Origin: Acidobacteria bacterium UBA2999 | GTDB lineage: Bacteria > Acidobacteriota > Vicinamibacteria > Vicinamibacterales > UBA2999 | Length of the DNA: 64,000 nt | Reading direction: 5' to 3' | Assembly (NCBI GenBank): GCA_002346475.1 | Contig: DDZV01000015.1 | Location: forward strand, 47,643-111,642 | Part shown: one piece after another, positions 29,564 through 39,168 of the stretch | How the letters are laid out: each line of letters opens with the position of its first letter | How positions within the stretch are numbered: position 1 is the stretch's first letter | Notes under the pieces: model-generated | Told to the model about the DNA's origin: nothing | The model's input: the letters and a program-made list of their open reading frames with translations, nothing else | Database searches by the model: none | Made by a program: the position numbers and the translations under genes

Positions 29564-30226
29564 TTAACCCGTAGAAATAATGGGGCTCCGATCAAAAACA
29601 GCGCCACAATGTTTTACGAAGGCATCTTCAACATTTCTGATTGGCATCAGTTGACCAGTTAGTTTTTCAAGTGATGTGACCCCACGATCTTCAATCCCAC
29701 ATGGAATAATCAAACGGAAGTAATCAAGATTAGTATTCACGTTGAAGGCAAGACCATGACTCGTAATCCATCTTGAGATACGAACTCCTATAGCTCCAAT
29801 TTTGTCATCCCCAACCCAAACACCAGTAAGGCCATCGATGCGCGTACCCACAATTCCATATTCAGCACACACCCGAATCATAACTTCCTCTACGTCGCGT
29901 ACGTACCGATGCACATCTCGACGATCAGGATGAAGATTAAGAATGGGATAAACAACGACCTGACCTGGACCATGATACGTAACGTTGCCACCTCGTCCGG
30001 TCTTGTGAACTGCAACTCCAAGTTCTTGTAAATGGTCAGATGTCGCTACGATATGGGAATGGTCTTTGTCTCCATTTACGCCAACGGTAATCACAGAAGG
30101 GTGCTGAAGGATTAGAAGTAAGTCTGGTACATGATCGGCTCGGCGCTCTTCTACGAGGTGCTGTTGTAGCGTAAGAGCCTCGGCATAGGAGACCATGCCA
30201 AGCCTCCGGATCTCAAGCTGACGCAA
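29564..30226 (-). CDS. lipB: lipoyl(octanoyl) transferase
   Basis: Motif 'RGGNVTYHGPGQVVVYPIL'. 220 aa. Confidence 0.92.
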   Translation of the reverse strand: MRQLEIRRLGMVSYAEALTLQQHLVEERRADHVPDLLLILQHPSVITVGVNGDKDHSHIVATSDHLQELGVAVHKTGRGGNVTYHGPGQVVVYPILNLHPDRRDVHRYVRDVEEVMIRVCAEYGIVGTRIDGLTGVWVGDDKIGAIGVRISRWITSHGLAFNVNTNLDYFRLIIPCGIEDRGVTSLEKLTGQLMPIRNVEDAFVKHCGAVFDRSPIISTG

Positions 30227-30231
30227 TGTCT

Positions 30232-31473
30232 TTACACATCCTCAGAACTAAAATTTTCAAGTTGCGTTTTGAGATCTGCCATAAACTCATCAGCTACGAC
30301 CCCATCAATCAGCCGATGATCGAAGCCAAGTGTTAGATACGCCATAGTCCTGATTTGGACTTTGTTGTTTACCGGTACAGCTCGCTTTTCAATTGTTCCA
30401 ATGCCAAGAATTGCGACCTGTGGCTGATTGATGATCGGAAAACCAAATTGTGCCCCAAGTTGGCCAGGATTTGTAATTGTGAACGTGCCATCTTGTACTT
30501 CCTCAGGCTTTAATTGTTTAGATCGAGCACGGCTTGCAACGTCGACAATAGCTTTGCTCAGTCCTAAGACGTCTTTTGCCTGTGCATTTTTAATCACAGG
30601 CACAATAAGCCCCTTCTCTAATGAGACCGCAATCCCAAGGTTAATATTCTTTCGATAAATAATACTGTCTCCATCAAGTGACGCATTAAGAATCGGATGT
30701 CTTTGAATCGCATCAACAACAGCCTTCGCAATAAATGCCATGTACGTTAATTTGGCGCCAGCCTGATCATATTCAGCTTTTTTCTTTTGACGAATCTTTT
30801 TTAAGTTTGAAAAATCTACATGGAAAACTGAGTGAACGTGTGCAGAAGTACGACGACTCAAGATCATATGCTCAGCAATCTTTTTTCGCATATTCGAGAG
30901 CGGCTCAACACGATCACCTGGTGCTGCTATGGAAGCCGGTGCCGTCCTTTGAGTGGCAGCTGACCCTCTCTCAATGACTTGCAGAATGTCTCGCTTAGTC
31001 ACACGACCATTCGCACCAGTTCCTGCAATTTTGTTGATATCAATATTATGTTCATCGGCAAGACGACGAACTAATGGTGATGACTTCAACTCGCGTACTG
31101 CTTCAGTTGTTAACGAATCAGTTGAGCTTGTTTTGTCCGTTACCGATTTAGTCACTGCTTGATTGGAAGCAGTGCTTGTCTGTGTGGTTTCGACCTGTTC
31201 TGGCAAGGCATGATCCGTACTAGTAGCAGGCTCGTCCGTATCTGAGATTGTTGCTACCACACTATTTACGGCAGCCATCTCACCCTCTTGAACTTTTACT
31301 GATAAAAGCACACCAGACGCAGGAGCAGGAATCTCTGCATCAACTTTATCGGTAGAAATTTCAAACAGTGGCTCGTCGCGATCCACTGTTTCGCCAACTT
31401 TCTTTAACCAGCGGACAACGGTCCCCTCAGCAATGGACTCACCCATCTGAGGCATTAACACAGGAACAGGCAT
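30232..31473 (-). CDS. 2-oxoacid dehydrogenase E2 dihydrolipoamide acyltransferase (one lipoyl domain)
   Basis: Lipoyl domain 'MPQMGESIAEGTV...EISTDKVDAEIPAP', a PSBD 'SPLVRRLADEHNIDI', and the catalytic 'DHRLIDG'. I chose ATG 31473; the track TTG at 31512 abuts the lpd stop. Confidence 0.88.
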   Translation of the reverse strand: MPVPVLMPQMGESIAEGTVVRWLKKVGETVDRDEPLFEISTDKVDAEIPAPASGVLLSVKVQEGEMAAVNSVVATISDTDEPATSTDHALPEQVETTQTSTASNQAVTKSVTDKTSSTDSLTTEAVRELKSSPLVRRLADEHNIDINKIAGTGANGRVTKRDILQVIERGSAATQRTAPASIAAPGDRVEPLSNMRKKIAEHMILSRRTSAHVHSVFHVDFSNLKKIRQKKKAEYDQAGAKLTYMAFIAKAVVDAIQRHPILNASLDGDSIIYRKNINLGIAVSLEKGLIVPVIKNAQAKDVLGLSKAIVDVASRARSKQLKPEEVQDGTFTITNPGQLGAQFGFPIINQPQVAILGIGTIEKRAVPVNNKVQIRTMAYLTLGFDHRLIDGVVADEFMADLKTQLENFSSEDV

Positions 31474-31512
31474 AATGGTCTTTTTCTCTCTGTAATCTTC
31501 AGATGCCTGCAA

Positions 31513-32928
31513 TTACATGTGAATAGCAGCACCATGTGTTGCATGCGAAGCCTCGGCAACTGCTTCGGAAAACGTCGGGTGTGCATGAATGGTCCTGATG
31601 AGCTCCTCAACCGTGCATTCAAGACGCAAAGCCAGCACAGCTTCAGCCACGAGCTCTGTAGAACGGGGTCCAATCATGTGCACTCCAAGTACTTCATCGT
31701 ACTTCTTGTCAGCCACGATCTTCACAAAACCTTCACCTTCCCCAGCCATCTTCGCGCGACCAAGTACTCCAAATGGGAATTTTCCTACTTGGACATCGTA
31801 TCCTTGTTCTTTTGCTTTGGCCTCAGTTAATCCAACACTCCCAATTTCCGGATCGCAGTAAGTACAACCAGGGACGTGAAGAAAATTCAACGGCACTGCT
31901 TCTTGTCCAGCCAAACGCTCAGCCACAATAATACCTTCTGCCGAAGACACGTGAGCAAGCTGAGGATGAGTTGATTCGCCAAGAGTGACCACATCACCTA
32001 TAGCAGAGATGTTTTTAATAGAGGTTCTATAAAGCTCGTCAACCTTGATATATCCCTTTTCAAGTTCTAAACCAATATCTTCTACACCAAGACCAGTCGT
32101 TACCGGTCCTCGACCAGTTGCAACAAGCAAGATCTCTGCTGTCATAGACACGGTCTTACCATCTGATGTTTGTGCTTCGATATCAACACCCTTAGGGTTA
32201 GCCTTAGCCTTTGTCAACTTCGTACTTGTTAACGATTTAATCCCTTGCTTCTTGAATGACTTTTCAAGTTCTGTAGAAATGGCCTCATCCTCCACAGGGA
32301 CAAGACGTGGCAACAACTCTATAATTGTTACCTCAGAACCAAAGCGCCGGTAAATGGAAGCACACTCTACACCCACTGCTCCGCTACCTAGAACAACTAA
32401 AGATTTTGGAACTTCTTTGAGATGAATTGCCTGGTCGCTAGTAATGATCCTTTTCTTGTCAATATCAACACCAGGGACGCTGCGAGGGGAAGATCCTGTC
32501 GCTATAATAATTTCTTTTGCATTAAGCGTTTGCTTGTCCCCCTCGAAGATGTCAACTTTGCCATCGCCAAGAAGTCGAGCAGTACCTTTAATCCAATCGA
32601 TTTTATTCTTCTTAAATAAAAACTCGATACCTTTCGTGAGCCCAGTGACAATCTTTTCTTTCCTAGCGTGGACTTGTCCCATATCAATCGACGGTGCCCC
32701 CGCAGGAATCGTTACGGCCCATTCTTTTGCTTGCTGGATTACCTTTAGGGCGTGCGCATGCTCAAGAAGCGCCTTAGTGGGAATACAACCCCAGATTAGA
32801 CAAGTACCACCAAGTGCCTTCTGCTTCTCGACCACAGCCACCTTGAGACCTAACTGTGATGCCCGGATAGCAGCTACATAGCCACCCGTGCCTGCCCCGA
32901 TTACGACGACGTCGTAAGAATTCGACAA
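31513..32928 (-). CDS. lpdA: dihydrolipoyl dehydrogenase (E3)
   Basis: Motifs 'VVIGAGTGGY', the redox disulfide 'GGTCLIWGCIPTK', and 'HAHPTFSE'. The TTG at 32928 lies 6 nt after AAGGAG (32940-32935). Confidence 0.9.
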   Translation of the reverse strand: MSNSYDVVVIGAGTGGYVAAIRASQLGLKVAVVEKQKALGGTCLIWGCIPTKALLEHAHALKVIQQAKEWAVTIPAGAPSIDMGQVHARKEKIVTGLTKGIEFLFKKNKIDWIKGTARLLGDGKVDIFEGDKQTLNAKEIIIATGSSPRSVPGVDIDKKRIITSDQAIHLKEVPKSLVVLGSGAVGVECASIYRRFGSEVTIIELLPRLVPVEDEAISTELEKSFKKQGIKSLTSTKLTKAKANPKGVDIEAQTSDGKTVSMTAEILLVATGRGPVTTGLGVEDIGLELEKGYIKVDELYRTSIKNISAIGDVVTLGESTHPQLAHVSSAEGIIVAERLAGQEAVPLNFLHVPGCTYCDPEIGSVGLTEAKAKEQGYDVQVGKFPFGVLGRAKMAGEGEGFVKIVADKKYDEVLGVHMIGPRSTELVAEAVLALRLECTVEELIRTIHAHPTFSEAVAEASHATHGAAIHM

Positions 32929-33118
32929 AGATTGCTCCTTTAGACCACCCTGAATAAGTGTGATCACAAATACTATAAATTAGCGTATCAAAAATTTGAG
33001 GGATTAAAAGGCCTAGGACTGCATCAAACACGCGAAGGTGAAATGGCACGACGGGGAAACGACATAATGCCGTATCACCGTCGCGCTATATTAGACGTAG
33101 ATCGTATAAAAACCAGCT

Positions 33119-33418
33119 TTATTTCTGAGGAAGAACAGCATCCTTCAGTTGCTTGGTTATCCTCGCCTTAACGACTGTTTTTGCCGGAATCTTGATGGCT
33201 TCACCAGTGGCTGGATTCCGACCCATTCTTGCCTTGCGCTTCTGTACCACCAACTTCACCATTCCTGGTAATACAAACTCCCCTGCTCGCTTCAGCTCTT
33301 TTTCGGACAATGCAGTCAGCTCGTCAAAAAACGCTCGTGCCTCCGTCCGCTTAATACTGAAGTGATTGGCGAAGTGCGAGAAGAGTTCTGATTTGCCCAT
33401 TCTCTTTGCATCTGCCAT
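33119..33418 (-). CDS. HU/IHF-family DNA-binding protein
   Basis: 99 aa with the arm motif 'RMGRNPATGEAIKIPAKTVVK'. Confidence 0.88.
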   Translation of the reverse strand: MADAKRMGKSELFSHFANHFSIKRTEARAFFDELTALSEKELKRAGEFVLPGMVKLVVQKRKARMGRNPATGEAIKIPAKTVVKARITKQLKDAVLPQK

Positions 33419-33514
33419 CCAAAGGTCCCCTTATAGCTAGTGCGCGCCTAAATACAGACCGCATTACATGACAGTCGCGCGCGCACGACCGCTGCGGGAA
33501 TTTAAGTAAAACGA

Positions 33515-33544
33515 ATGCTAGCTTGCACCTCAAGGCAGTGTCAA
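33515..33544 (-). promoter_or_regulatory. sigma70-like promoter candidate for the HU gene (TTGACA-N18-TAGCAT)
   Basis: On the minus strand, TTGACA lies at 33544-39 and TAGCAT at 33520-15. This would give a ~95-nt leader ending in AAGGGGA before the ATG at 33418. Confidence 0.3.
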
Positions 33545-33604
33545 TGAAAAGAGCATTTTCCCACACACCTGTTTTGTAGAGCAAAATGCTAGAATTCAGG
33601 CTAG

Positions 33605-33961
33605 ATGTCAAACATATCTCCGTTGGAGACTTTTCCTAACCCAAGACCAGGCCGTGACTTCGAGGTCAAAATTCAGTGCCCTGAGTTTACTTCAGTCTGC
33701 CCAAAAACGGGTCTCCCAGACTTCGGTGAAATCCAGATTACTTACGTACCGGCCGACCTCTGCATCGAGCTTAAGTCGCTCAAGTACTACATGATCGGGT
33801 TTCGTGATCGAGGGATTTTTTACGAGGCTGTGACAAACCAAATCCTTGATGACCTCGTTACTATTTGCCAGCCACGTTCTATGACAATTGTCGGTGATTT
33901 TACTGTGAGAGGAGGAATCAAGACCGTTGTAACCGCTACCTACACTGCAGAGGAGGAATGA
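33605..33961 (+). CDS. queF: NADPH-dependent 7-cyano-7-deazaguanine reductase (unimodular type)
   Basis: Motif '[24 protein letters not shown]'. 118 aa. Confidence 0.92.
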   Translation: MSNISPLETFPNPRPGRDFEVKIQCPEFTSVCPKTGLPDFGEIQITYVPADLCIELKSLKYYMIGFRDRGIFYEAVTNQILDDLVTICQPRSMTIVGDFTVRGGIKTVVTATYTAEEE

Positions 33962-34006
33962 ATAGGGTGGTTTTTCAAACTATTTATATGTAGCCCGGAT
34001 GAAAAA

Positions 34007-34276
34007 ATGGTTCACCAAATTCCGATTGAAGACAACTTAGATTTACACACATTTCGACCGCAGGACACCAAATCTGTTGTCGAAGAGTACGTAACATCCG
34101 CCTGGAAAGCAGGGCTGAATGAGATCCGATTGATCCACGGACGAGGACAGGGTATTCAGCGTAAAATTGTCCACTCTGCACTAGACCGAAATCCTTTGGT
34201 CGTAGATTTCTGGGATGCTCCAGAATCTCACCTCGGAGCTACGATTGTGAATCTTGTATCCAACGCTGAGGATTGA
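34007..34276 (+). CDS. Smr domain protein
   Basis: 'LDLHTF...' and 'LIHGRGQGI' (the Smr LDLHG / HGxG blocks). 89 aa. Confidence 0.75.
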   Translation: MVHQIPIEDNLDLHTFRPQDTKSVVEEYVTSAWKAGLNEIRLIHGRGQGIQRKIVHSALDRNPLVVDFWDAPESHLGATIVNLVSNAED

Positions 34277-34293
34277 ATTAAAGTAAGGGACCG

Positions 34294-35322
34294 ATGTATT
34301 CAACAACCCGTTTGGTTATTACCTCACTTATTACGATAGCTTTATTAACTTCTGGCGTACTAACAATCCGGGCAAAAAATAAGCAAGCCTTAGAAACACC
34401 ATTTGAACAATGGCTTGAATCCTTTATAAGCGAAGCACGTGAGCGTGGCTATAGCAGTGTGTTTCTCGAGAGCACTCTTGGAGATCTGAAACCCCTTCAA
34501 CGAGTTATCCGCAGCGATCGAACCCAAGCTGAGCTCACTTTGGATTTTAATCGGTACTATCAAACCCGAGTAACGCCTTCGGTCATCGAGCGTGGACGTA
34601 AACTGAAAAAACAGCATCGTAAACTTCTCGATCGTGTTGCCGAAACTTTTGGTGTTCCACCTAGATTTATCTTAGCAATTTGGGGCATGGAATCTAGATA
34701 TGGACAAGTCCAAGGCAAGACTCCAGTCTTTCAAGCACTAGCCACTCTTGCTTGGGAGCCTCGACGAGCAAAATTTTTTCGAACACAACTCTTTGATGCC
34801 TTAGCCATAGCGGCTAGCAGTGATGTTGAGGCAACCTGGATGTTGGGATCGTGGGCTGGAGCTATGGGGCAACCTCAGTTCATGCCATCAAGTTATCTTC
34901 AGTATGCTGTGGATTTCGATGGAGATGGTAAACGGAACATCTGGAATTCAACTGCTGATGTGCTGGCATCAATTGCTCACTATCTTCAGGAGCATGGTTG
35001 GAAGAATGGTCGTACCTGGGGTCGTCCAGTCATCGTACCTTCGGCAACACAGGCTCAGCTTCCAGAAATCGTAAGCCAACGAAGTCAAGGTTGTTCCGCA
35101 AAGCGAAACATGACAGACCGCCTGCCTTTAAACCAGTGGCATGAATTGGGCGTACGGCGACTAGGTGGAAACGTCCTGCCTAAGGTAACGATTGATGCCA
35201 GTCTTGTTGAAGCTGAATCAAATACTTTTTTAGTCTATGGTAACTATGACACACTGCTTTCTTATAACTGTGCGCACTACTACGCACTCAGCGTAGGGTT
35301 GCTTGCGGATCAGCTTGACTAA
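34294..35322 (+). CDS. lytic murein transglycosylase (MltB-like)
   Basis: N-terminal anchor, then 'ILAIWGMESRYG' and 'GSWAGAMGQPQFMPSSY'. Confidence 0.85.
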   Translation: MYSTTRLVITSLITIALLTSGVLTIRAKNKQALETPFEQWLESFISEARERGYSSVFLESTLGDLKPLQRVIRSDRTQAELTLDFNRYYQTRVTPSVIERGRKLKKQHRKLLDRVAETFGVPPRFILAIWGMESRYGQVQGKTPVFQALATLAWEPRRAKFFRTQLFDALAIAASSDVEATWMLGSWAGAMGQPQFMPSSYLQYAVDFDGDGKRNIWNSTADVLASIAHYLQEHGWKNGRTWGRPVIVPSATQAQLPEIVSQRSQGCSAKRNMTDRLPLNQWHELGVRRLGGNVLPKVTIDASLVEAESNTFLVYGNYDTLLSYNCAHYYALSVGLLADQLD

Positions 35323-35351
35323 AGAAACTCTAGGACAAAAATTGATCTTTT

Positions 35352-36179
35352 TTAGTGTCGATTAAGAATAAATTGATTAAGAACGTCGGCTACCCCCGAT
35401 TGTTCGTGAGAACCTGTTATAAACCAACCGCGTTCCTTCAAAGATTGCACGGCATTGCCCATCACAACTGGGAGACCAGCAAACTCAAGCATGTCAAGGT
35501 CGTTTAGATTGTCTCCAATGGCCATCACTTCATCGCGCTTCAATCCAAGATGTTCTGCACGCCATTTTAATGCATGGCCTTTTGTTGCACTTGGAGCTGT
35601 TATATCTACCAAGCAAAAATCCCGTTCCTCATACTCAGTTAAGGCTACAGCAAAGTCTGCTCCACCCTCGAGACTGCTGACCAAAAGACGCATGTCCGCT
35701 ACAGAACCATTAAACATTACTTGAATCGGATCTTCTGTCAGTGCATCCTCTAGTGGCGTGCACTGATCGATAAGCGATTTGTTGCGTGCCCAATATCCTT
35801 TTCTATTTGGATTGTCCCAATCCATAGATTCAAATAACAATTGTCGAGCATCATCGCGATCAAAGATTAAAGCTGCAGCGTCACGATATTTATGCATAGA
35901 TCGTAGTACTCTTTGCGCAACCTGGCGTGGAAGTAGACGCCTTGCTAATGTTTTACCTGTTATAGAACGCTCAACAGCACCATTGCTGACAATTAAGGTA
36001 ATCTCTGGTGGTAAATGGTTGGCGATGGGACGTGCAAAGGAATAGCTACGACCTGTCACAAGCGCCACGTGTACTCCGAGAGCAACAACTTTTTCAATTG
36101 CTTGTTGATTGCTTGCGGACACGGCACCACTCCCATCAAGGAGCGTGCCATCAATGTCAATACCTATGAGGCGAATCAC
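35352..36179 (-). CDS. Cof-type HAD-IIB phosphatase
   Basis: 'IGIDIDGTLLD' (DxDGT) and 'AIGDNLNDLDM'. Confidence 0.85.
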   Translation of the reverse strand: MIRLIGIDIDGTLLDGSGAVSASNQQAIEKVVALGVHVALVTGRSYSFARPIANHLPPEITLIVSNGAVERSITGKTLARRLLPRQVAQRVLRSMHKYRDAAALIFDRDDARQLLFESMDWDNPNRKGYWARNKSLIDQCTPLEDALTEDPIQVMFNGSVADMRLLVSSLEGGADFAVALTEYEERDFCLVDITAPSATKGHALKWRAEHLGLKRDEVMAIGDNLNDLDMLEFAGLPVVMGNAVQSLKERGWFITGSHEQSGVADVLNQFILNRH

Positions 36180-36306
36180 TTATTTAACCAATCTCGGAGT
36201 ACCATATCAGGTATGCATTTTTTGCTATTGCGAAGATCTATTACAAAATGAAATTTTATAAATTATTTCGTACGTACTTGGCGTCTGTCGTTGTGCTATT
36301 TAAAAA

Positions 36307-37137
36307 TTGCTCATAATGCTTATTAAAATTCTACACTTGCTACTGCTCATCTGCCTCTTCCTCACTTGGAACATTGCCGAGGTACAAGCACAAACAGAGC
36401 AAAATCCCACACCTCCACCAAACATAGGTACCCCCCCGCCAGATGCCATAAAGACCAAGAGCGGACTGATCACGAAGGTAATAAGCTCTGGCACTGGAAA
36501 ACGTACAGCGACTGCTGACGATTTAGTAACAATTCACTACACTGGTTGGCTCGCTTCTGGAGAACTGCTTGATAGTTCCCGCGAACGTGAACAACCAGCC
36601 CTGTTTCCTTTAGAAAACGTCATTCCTGGTTGGCGCGAATGCGTAACTCTAATGACCGTTGGTGAAAAGCGACGATGCTGGATTCCTCAGAACTTAGCCT
36701 ATAGAGGTGAACGGGGACGACCAACTGGCCTGCTGATATTTGATATTGAATTGCTAAACTTTCAACCATCTCCAACAATCCCGCCATCTAATTTAGTAGA
36801 ACCCCCAGTAGATGCCGAAAAATTAACTTCAGGACTTGCCTATAAAGTACTGGAACCTGGTGATGGCGTCCGTCGCCCACTGCCAAATGGACGCGTAACT
36901 GTCCACTACACAGGATGGACAACTGAGGGAAAGGTTTTTGACAGTTCCGTACTACGCGGTACGCCGGCAACCCTTCAACTTAACAATGTGATCGCAGGGT
37001 GGGTAGAAGGCGTACAGCTCATGGTAGAAGGACAAAAAACACGCTTCTGGATACCAGAGAGCTTAGCTTATCCCGAAGGCGGGGGGCCGGCAGGTCTGCT
37101 AGTTTTCGACATTGAACTCCTTCGTATTGATAGATAG
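36307..37137 (+). CDS. exported FKBP-type peptidyl-prolyl isomerase with two FKBP domains
   Basis: Signal peptide, then two copies of the FKBP core: 'VTIHYTGWLASGELLDSS...VIPGWRE' and 'VTVHYTGWTTEGKVFDSS...VIAGWVEG'. Confidence 0.88.
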   Translation: MLIMLIKILHLLLLICLFLTWNIAEVQAQTEQNPTPPPNIGTPPPDAIKTKSGLITKVISSGTGKRTATADDLVTIHYTGWLASGELLDSSREREQPALFPLENVIPGWRECVTLMTVGEKRRCWIPQNLAYRGERGRPTGLLIFDIELLNFQPSPTIPPSNLVEPPVDAEKLTSGLAYKVLEPGDGVRRPLPNGRVTVHYTGWTTEGKVFDSSVLRGTPATLQLNNVIAGWVEGVQLMVEGQKTRFWIPESLAYPEGGGPAGLLVFDIELLRIDR

Positions 37138-37139
37138 CC

Positions 37140-38528
37140 TTAACGATTGGCATCCAATTCAACAGAAATATTTTTCCAACGCCCTTGATGAAACCGGAGT
37201 GCACTTAATAAAGCACGGGTAAAGTGGCCGAGCAGAATAGCCATCCAAATATCTTGGGGCGCAAGCCCGCGGGACATTTGTAAAACTGTACATAGCCCGA
37301 TCGGTATGGCAACTTGTGAAATAATTGAAATGACTAGTGGGCTTCTTGTGTCACCGGTTCCCTGTAACCCACCTGTATAACTCAGAGCAATAGTGACAAA
37401 GAAGCCTGAGAGACTTAAGTATTGCAATAACTGAACACCCAGCGATGCCACGAGCGGCTCTGTCATTCCAAAAACTTGAAGCAGGTGATTCGGTATAAGC
37501 AAAAACATGCTGCCAACAATTGTTGCAACTACAAGACCATATCGAGATGCAACAACTACACCCTTCGCTGCTCGCTTATGGTTACCCGCTCCAAGGTTCT
37601 GACCAGCAATTGTTGCTGATGCTCCCATTAGACCTACCGATGTCCAGGTAATAAGCGAGAATAGCTGTGTATAACCAACAGCATACGCAGCCTGAGCAGC
37701 GGCACTGTGCTGCAGAGAACCTACAAAACGCACCAGCATTACACCTGCAATGTTCATTGCAATACCCTGCATACCAGTAGGCAAACCAAATCGAAACAGC
37801 GCACGAATAATTGAAAAATCTGGACGTCTCTCGATTCCTGTATGTACGTGAATAACAGACCCTGGCCTAAAAATGAGCCATATGCCGTACACACCAACCA
37901 GCAAGTTTCCAGTAACGGTACCAAGTGCGGCACCAAGTGTTCCAAGCGGTGGGATCAGAATAAGGTTAAATGTAATAGTTAGAATGGTCAGCCAAACACC
38001 AAGCTTGAGTGGTGTGCGAACATCCCCTGCGGCGCGGAATGCGCCACTTAACATGAAAAACATTATCTGGCCTATACCCCCAAGAAACATAACCCGCATA
38101 TAGGGCAAAGCCTCTTGCTGAACTTCTGGGGCAGCATTTACCAAATCGAGTAGTTTCGGTGAAGCTACATAGCCCACACATGCCATGATTACCGCTAGAG
38201 CTGCCGCAGTTAGAAATGACTGATAAACAACTCGGTTCACTTTTTCAGGCTCGTTGGCGCCTGAGAATCGCGCCACGAGTACTGCCATCCCTGTGAACAA
38301 GGAACTAATAAAAACAATGACAACAAGGATCACTTGCCAGCTAACACCAATTGCCGCATTGGCTGTAAAACCAACGAATTGGCCAACCATTGCGTGATCT
38401 ATGATGCCTTGTAACCCTGCAACCACGTTTTGTAGCATTGTTGGCCACGCCAGACGCCACACAGCTTTTCCGAGCGGACCTTCAACAAGTGATCTATCAA
38501 ATTTTCCTGATTGAACTGAAGCAACCAT
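37140..38528 (-). CDS. MATE-family efflux transporter
   Basis: 462 aa, about 12 TM, with a typical MATE N-terminus ('LAWPTMLQNVVAGLQGIIDHAMVG'). Confidence 0.85.
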   Translation of the reverse strand: MVASVQSGKFDRSLVEGPLGKAVWRLAWPTMLQNVVAGLQGIIDHAMVGQFVGFTANAAIGVSWQVILVVIVFISSLFTGMAVLVARFSGANEPEKVNRVVYQSFLTAAALAVIMACVGYVASPKLLDLVNAAPEVQQEALPYMRVMFLGGIGQIMFFMLSGAFRAAGDVRTPLKLGVWLTILTITFNLILIPPLGTLGAALGTVTGNLLVGVYGIWLIFRPGSVIHVHTGIERRPDFSIIRALFRFGLPTGMQGIAMNIAGVMLVRFVGSLQHSAAAQAAYAVGYTQLFSLITWTSVGLMGASATIAGQNLGAGNHKRAAKGVVVASRYGLVVATIVGSMFLLIPNHLLQVFGMTEPLVASLGVQLLQYLSLSGFFVTIALSYTGGLQGTGDTRSPLVISIISQVAIPIGLCTVLQMSRGLAPQDIWMAILLGHFTRALLSALRFHQGRWKNISVELDANR

Positions 38529-38627
38529 CTGTATGTCTTATATAGTATCGCTCGAGAATTAATGATTGCCCGTGTTCAATGAGTCCAAAGGGCCTGTTCC
38601 CGTGCAATAAGAATTGAGGAGGATGAG

Positions 38628-39152
38628 GTGAAGATACAGCAATTGATTGTTGTAACAGTGATTTTTACGATGGCAATGGGCGCAACGTATTCAACTCAAT
38701 CGGGTTCACTTAGTGGTGATTTAGCAAAGGATTGGGAAGCACAAAAAGCAACAATGATCCAAATTTCAAACCAGATGCCTGAAGATACTTTTAATTTTAA
38801 GGCAACGCCCACCCAGCGCAGTTGGGGTGAACAAATCCTTCATGTGGCCGGCGCGAATGTGGGTCTAATGCAGATTCTTGGATCGAAAGTCCCCGCACCA
38901 GTGATTAACCAGACAGCCAGTTCAAAAGCTGAAATCCTCAGTGCGTTAAATGATTCATTCGATTTTGGCTCAGCAGTCCTCAAGGAAATGGATGATGCAT
39001 CGCTACAACAAATAGTCAAGGGACCAAGTTTCTTTGGCGATGGTACACGGGTTAAGTTTGTTTACCGGACGATGATGCATACAGAGAACATCTATGGACA
39101 AATGGTTGTCTATTTACGACTCAACGGACTCGTGCCGCCAGCTAGTCAGTAA
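38628..39152 (+). CDS. DinB-family (four-helix-bundle) protein, exported
   Basis: GTG start after GAGGAGGA, followed by a signal peptide. The spaced His pattern ('ILHVAGAN', 'MMHTENIYGQMVVYLR') matches DinB-like proteins. Confidence 0.65.
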   Translation: MKIQQLIVVTVIFTMAMGATYSTQSGSLSGDLAKDWEAQKATMIQISNQMPEDTFNFKATPTQRSWGEQILHVAGANVGLMQILGSKVPAPVINQTASSKAEILSALNDSFDFGSAVLKEMDDASLQQIVKGPSFFGDGTRVKFVYRTMMHTENIYGQMVVYLRLNGLVPPASQ

Positions 39153-39168
39153 TGTTAAACAATCTTTG

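Noticed and set aside
32968-33118. The 151-nt gap between HU and lpd contains a CGACGG...CCGTCG inverted repeat, which I considered as a possible small RNA or tRNA.
   Set aside because: There is no cloverleaf or conserved tRNA boxes. It is most simply the HU terminator plus the lpd promoter region.
33419-33604. I looked for a preQ1 riboswitch upstream of queF, prompted also by a short alternating CGCGCGCGC run.
   Set aside because: I could not find the conserved preQ1-I/II loop and A-rich tail elements. The region is more simply the divergent promoter/leader region for HU and queF. An Infernal scan would settle it.
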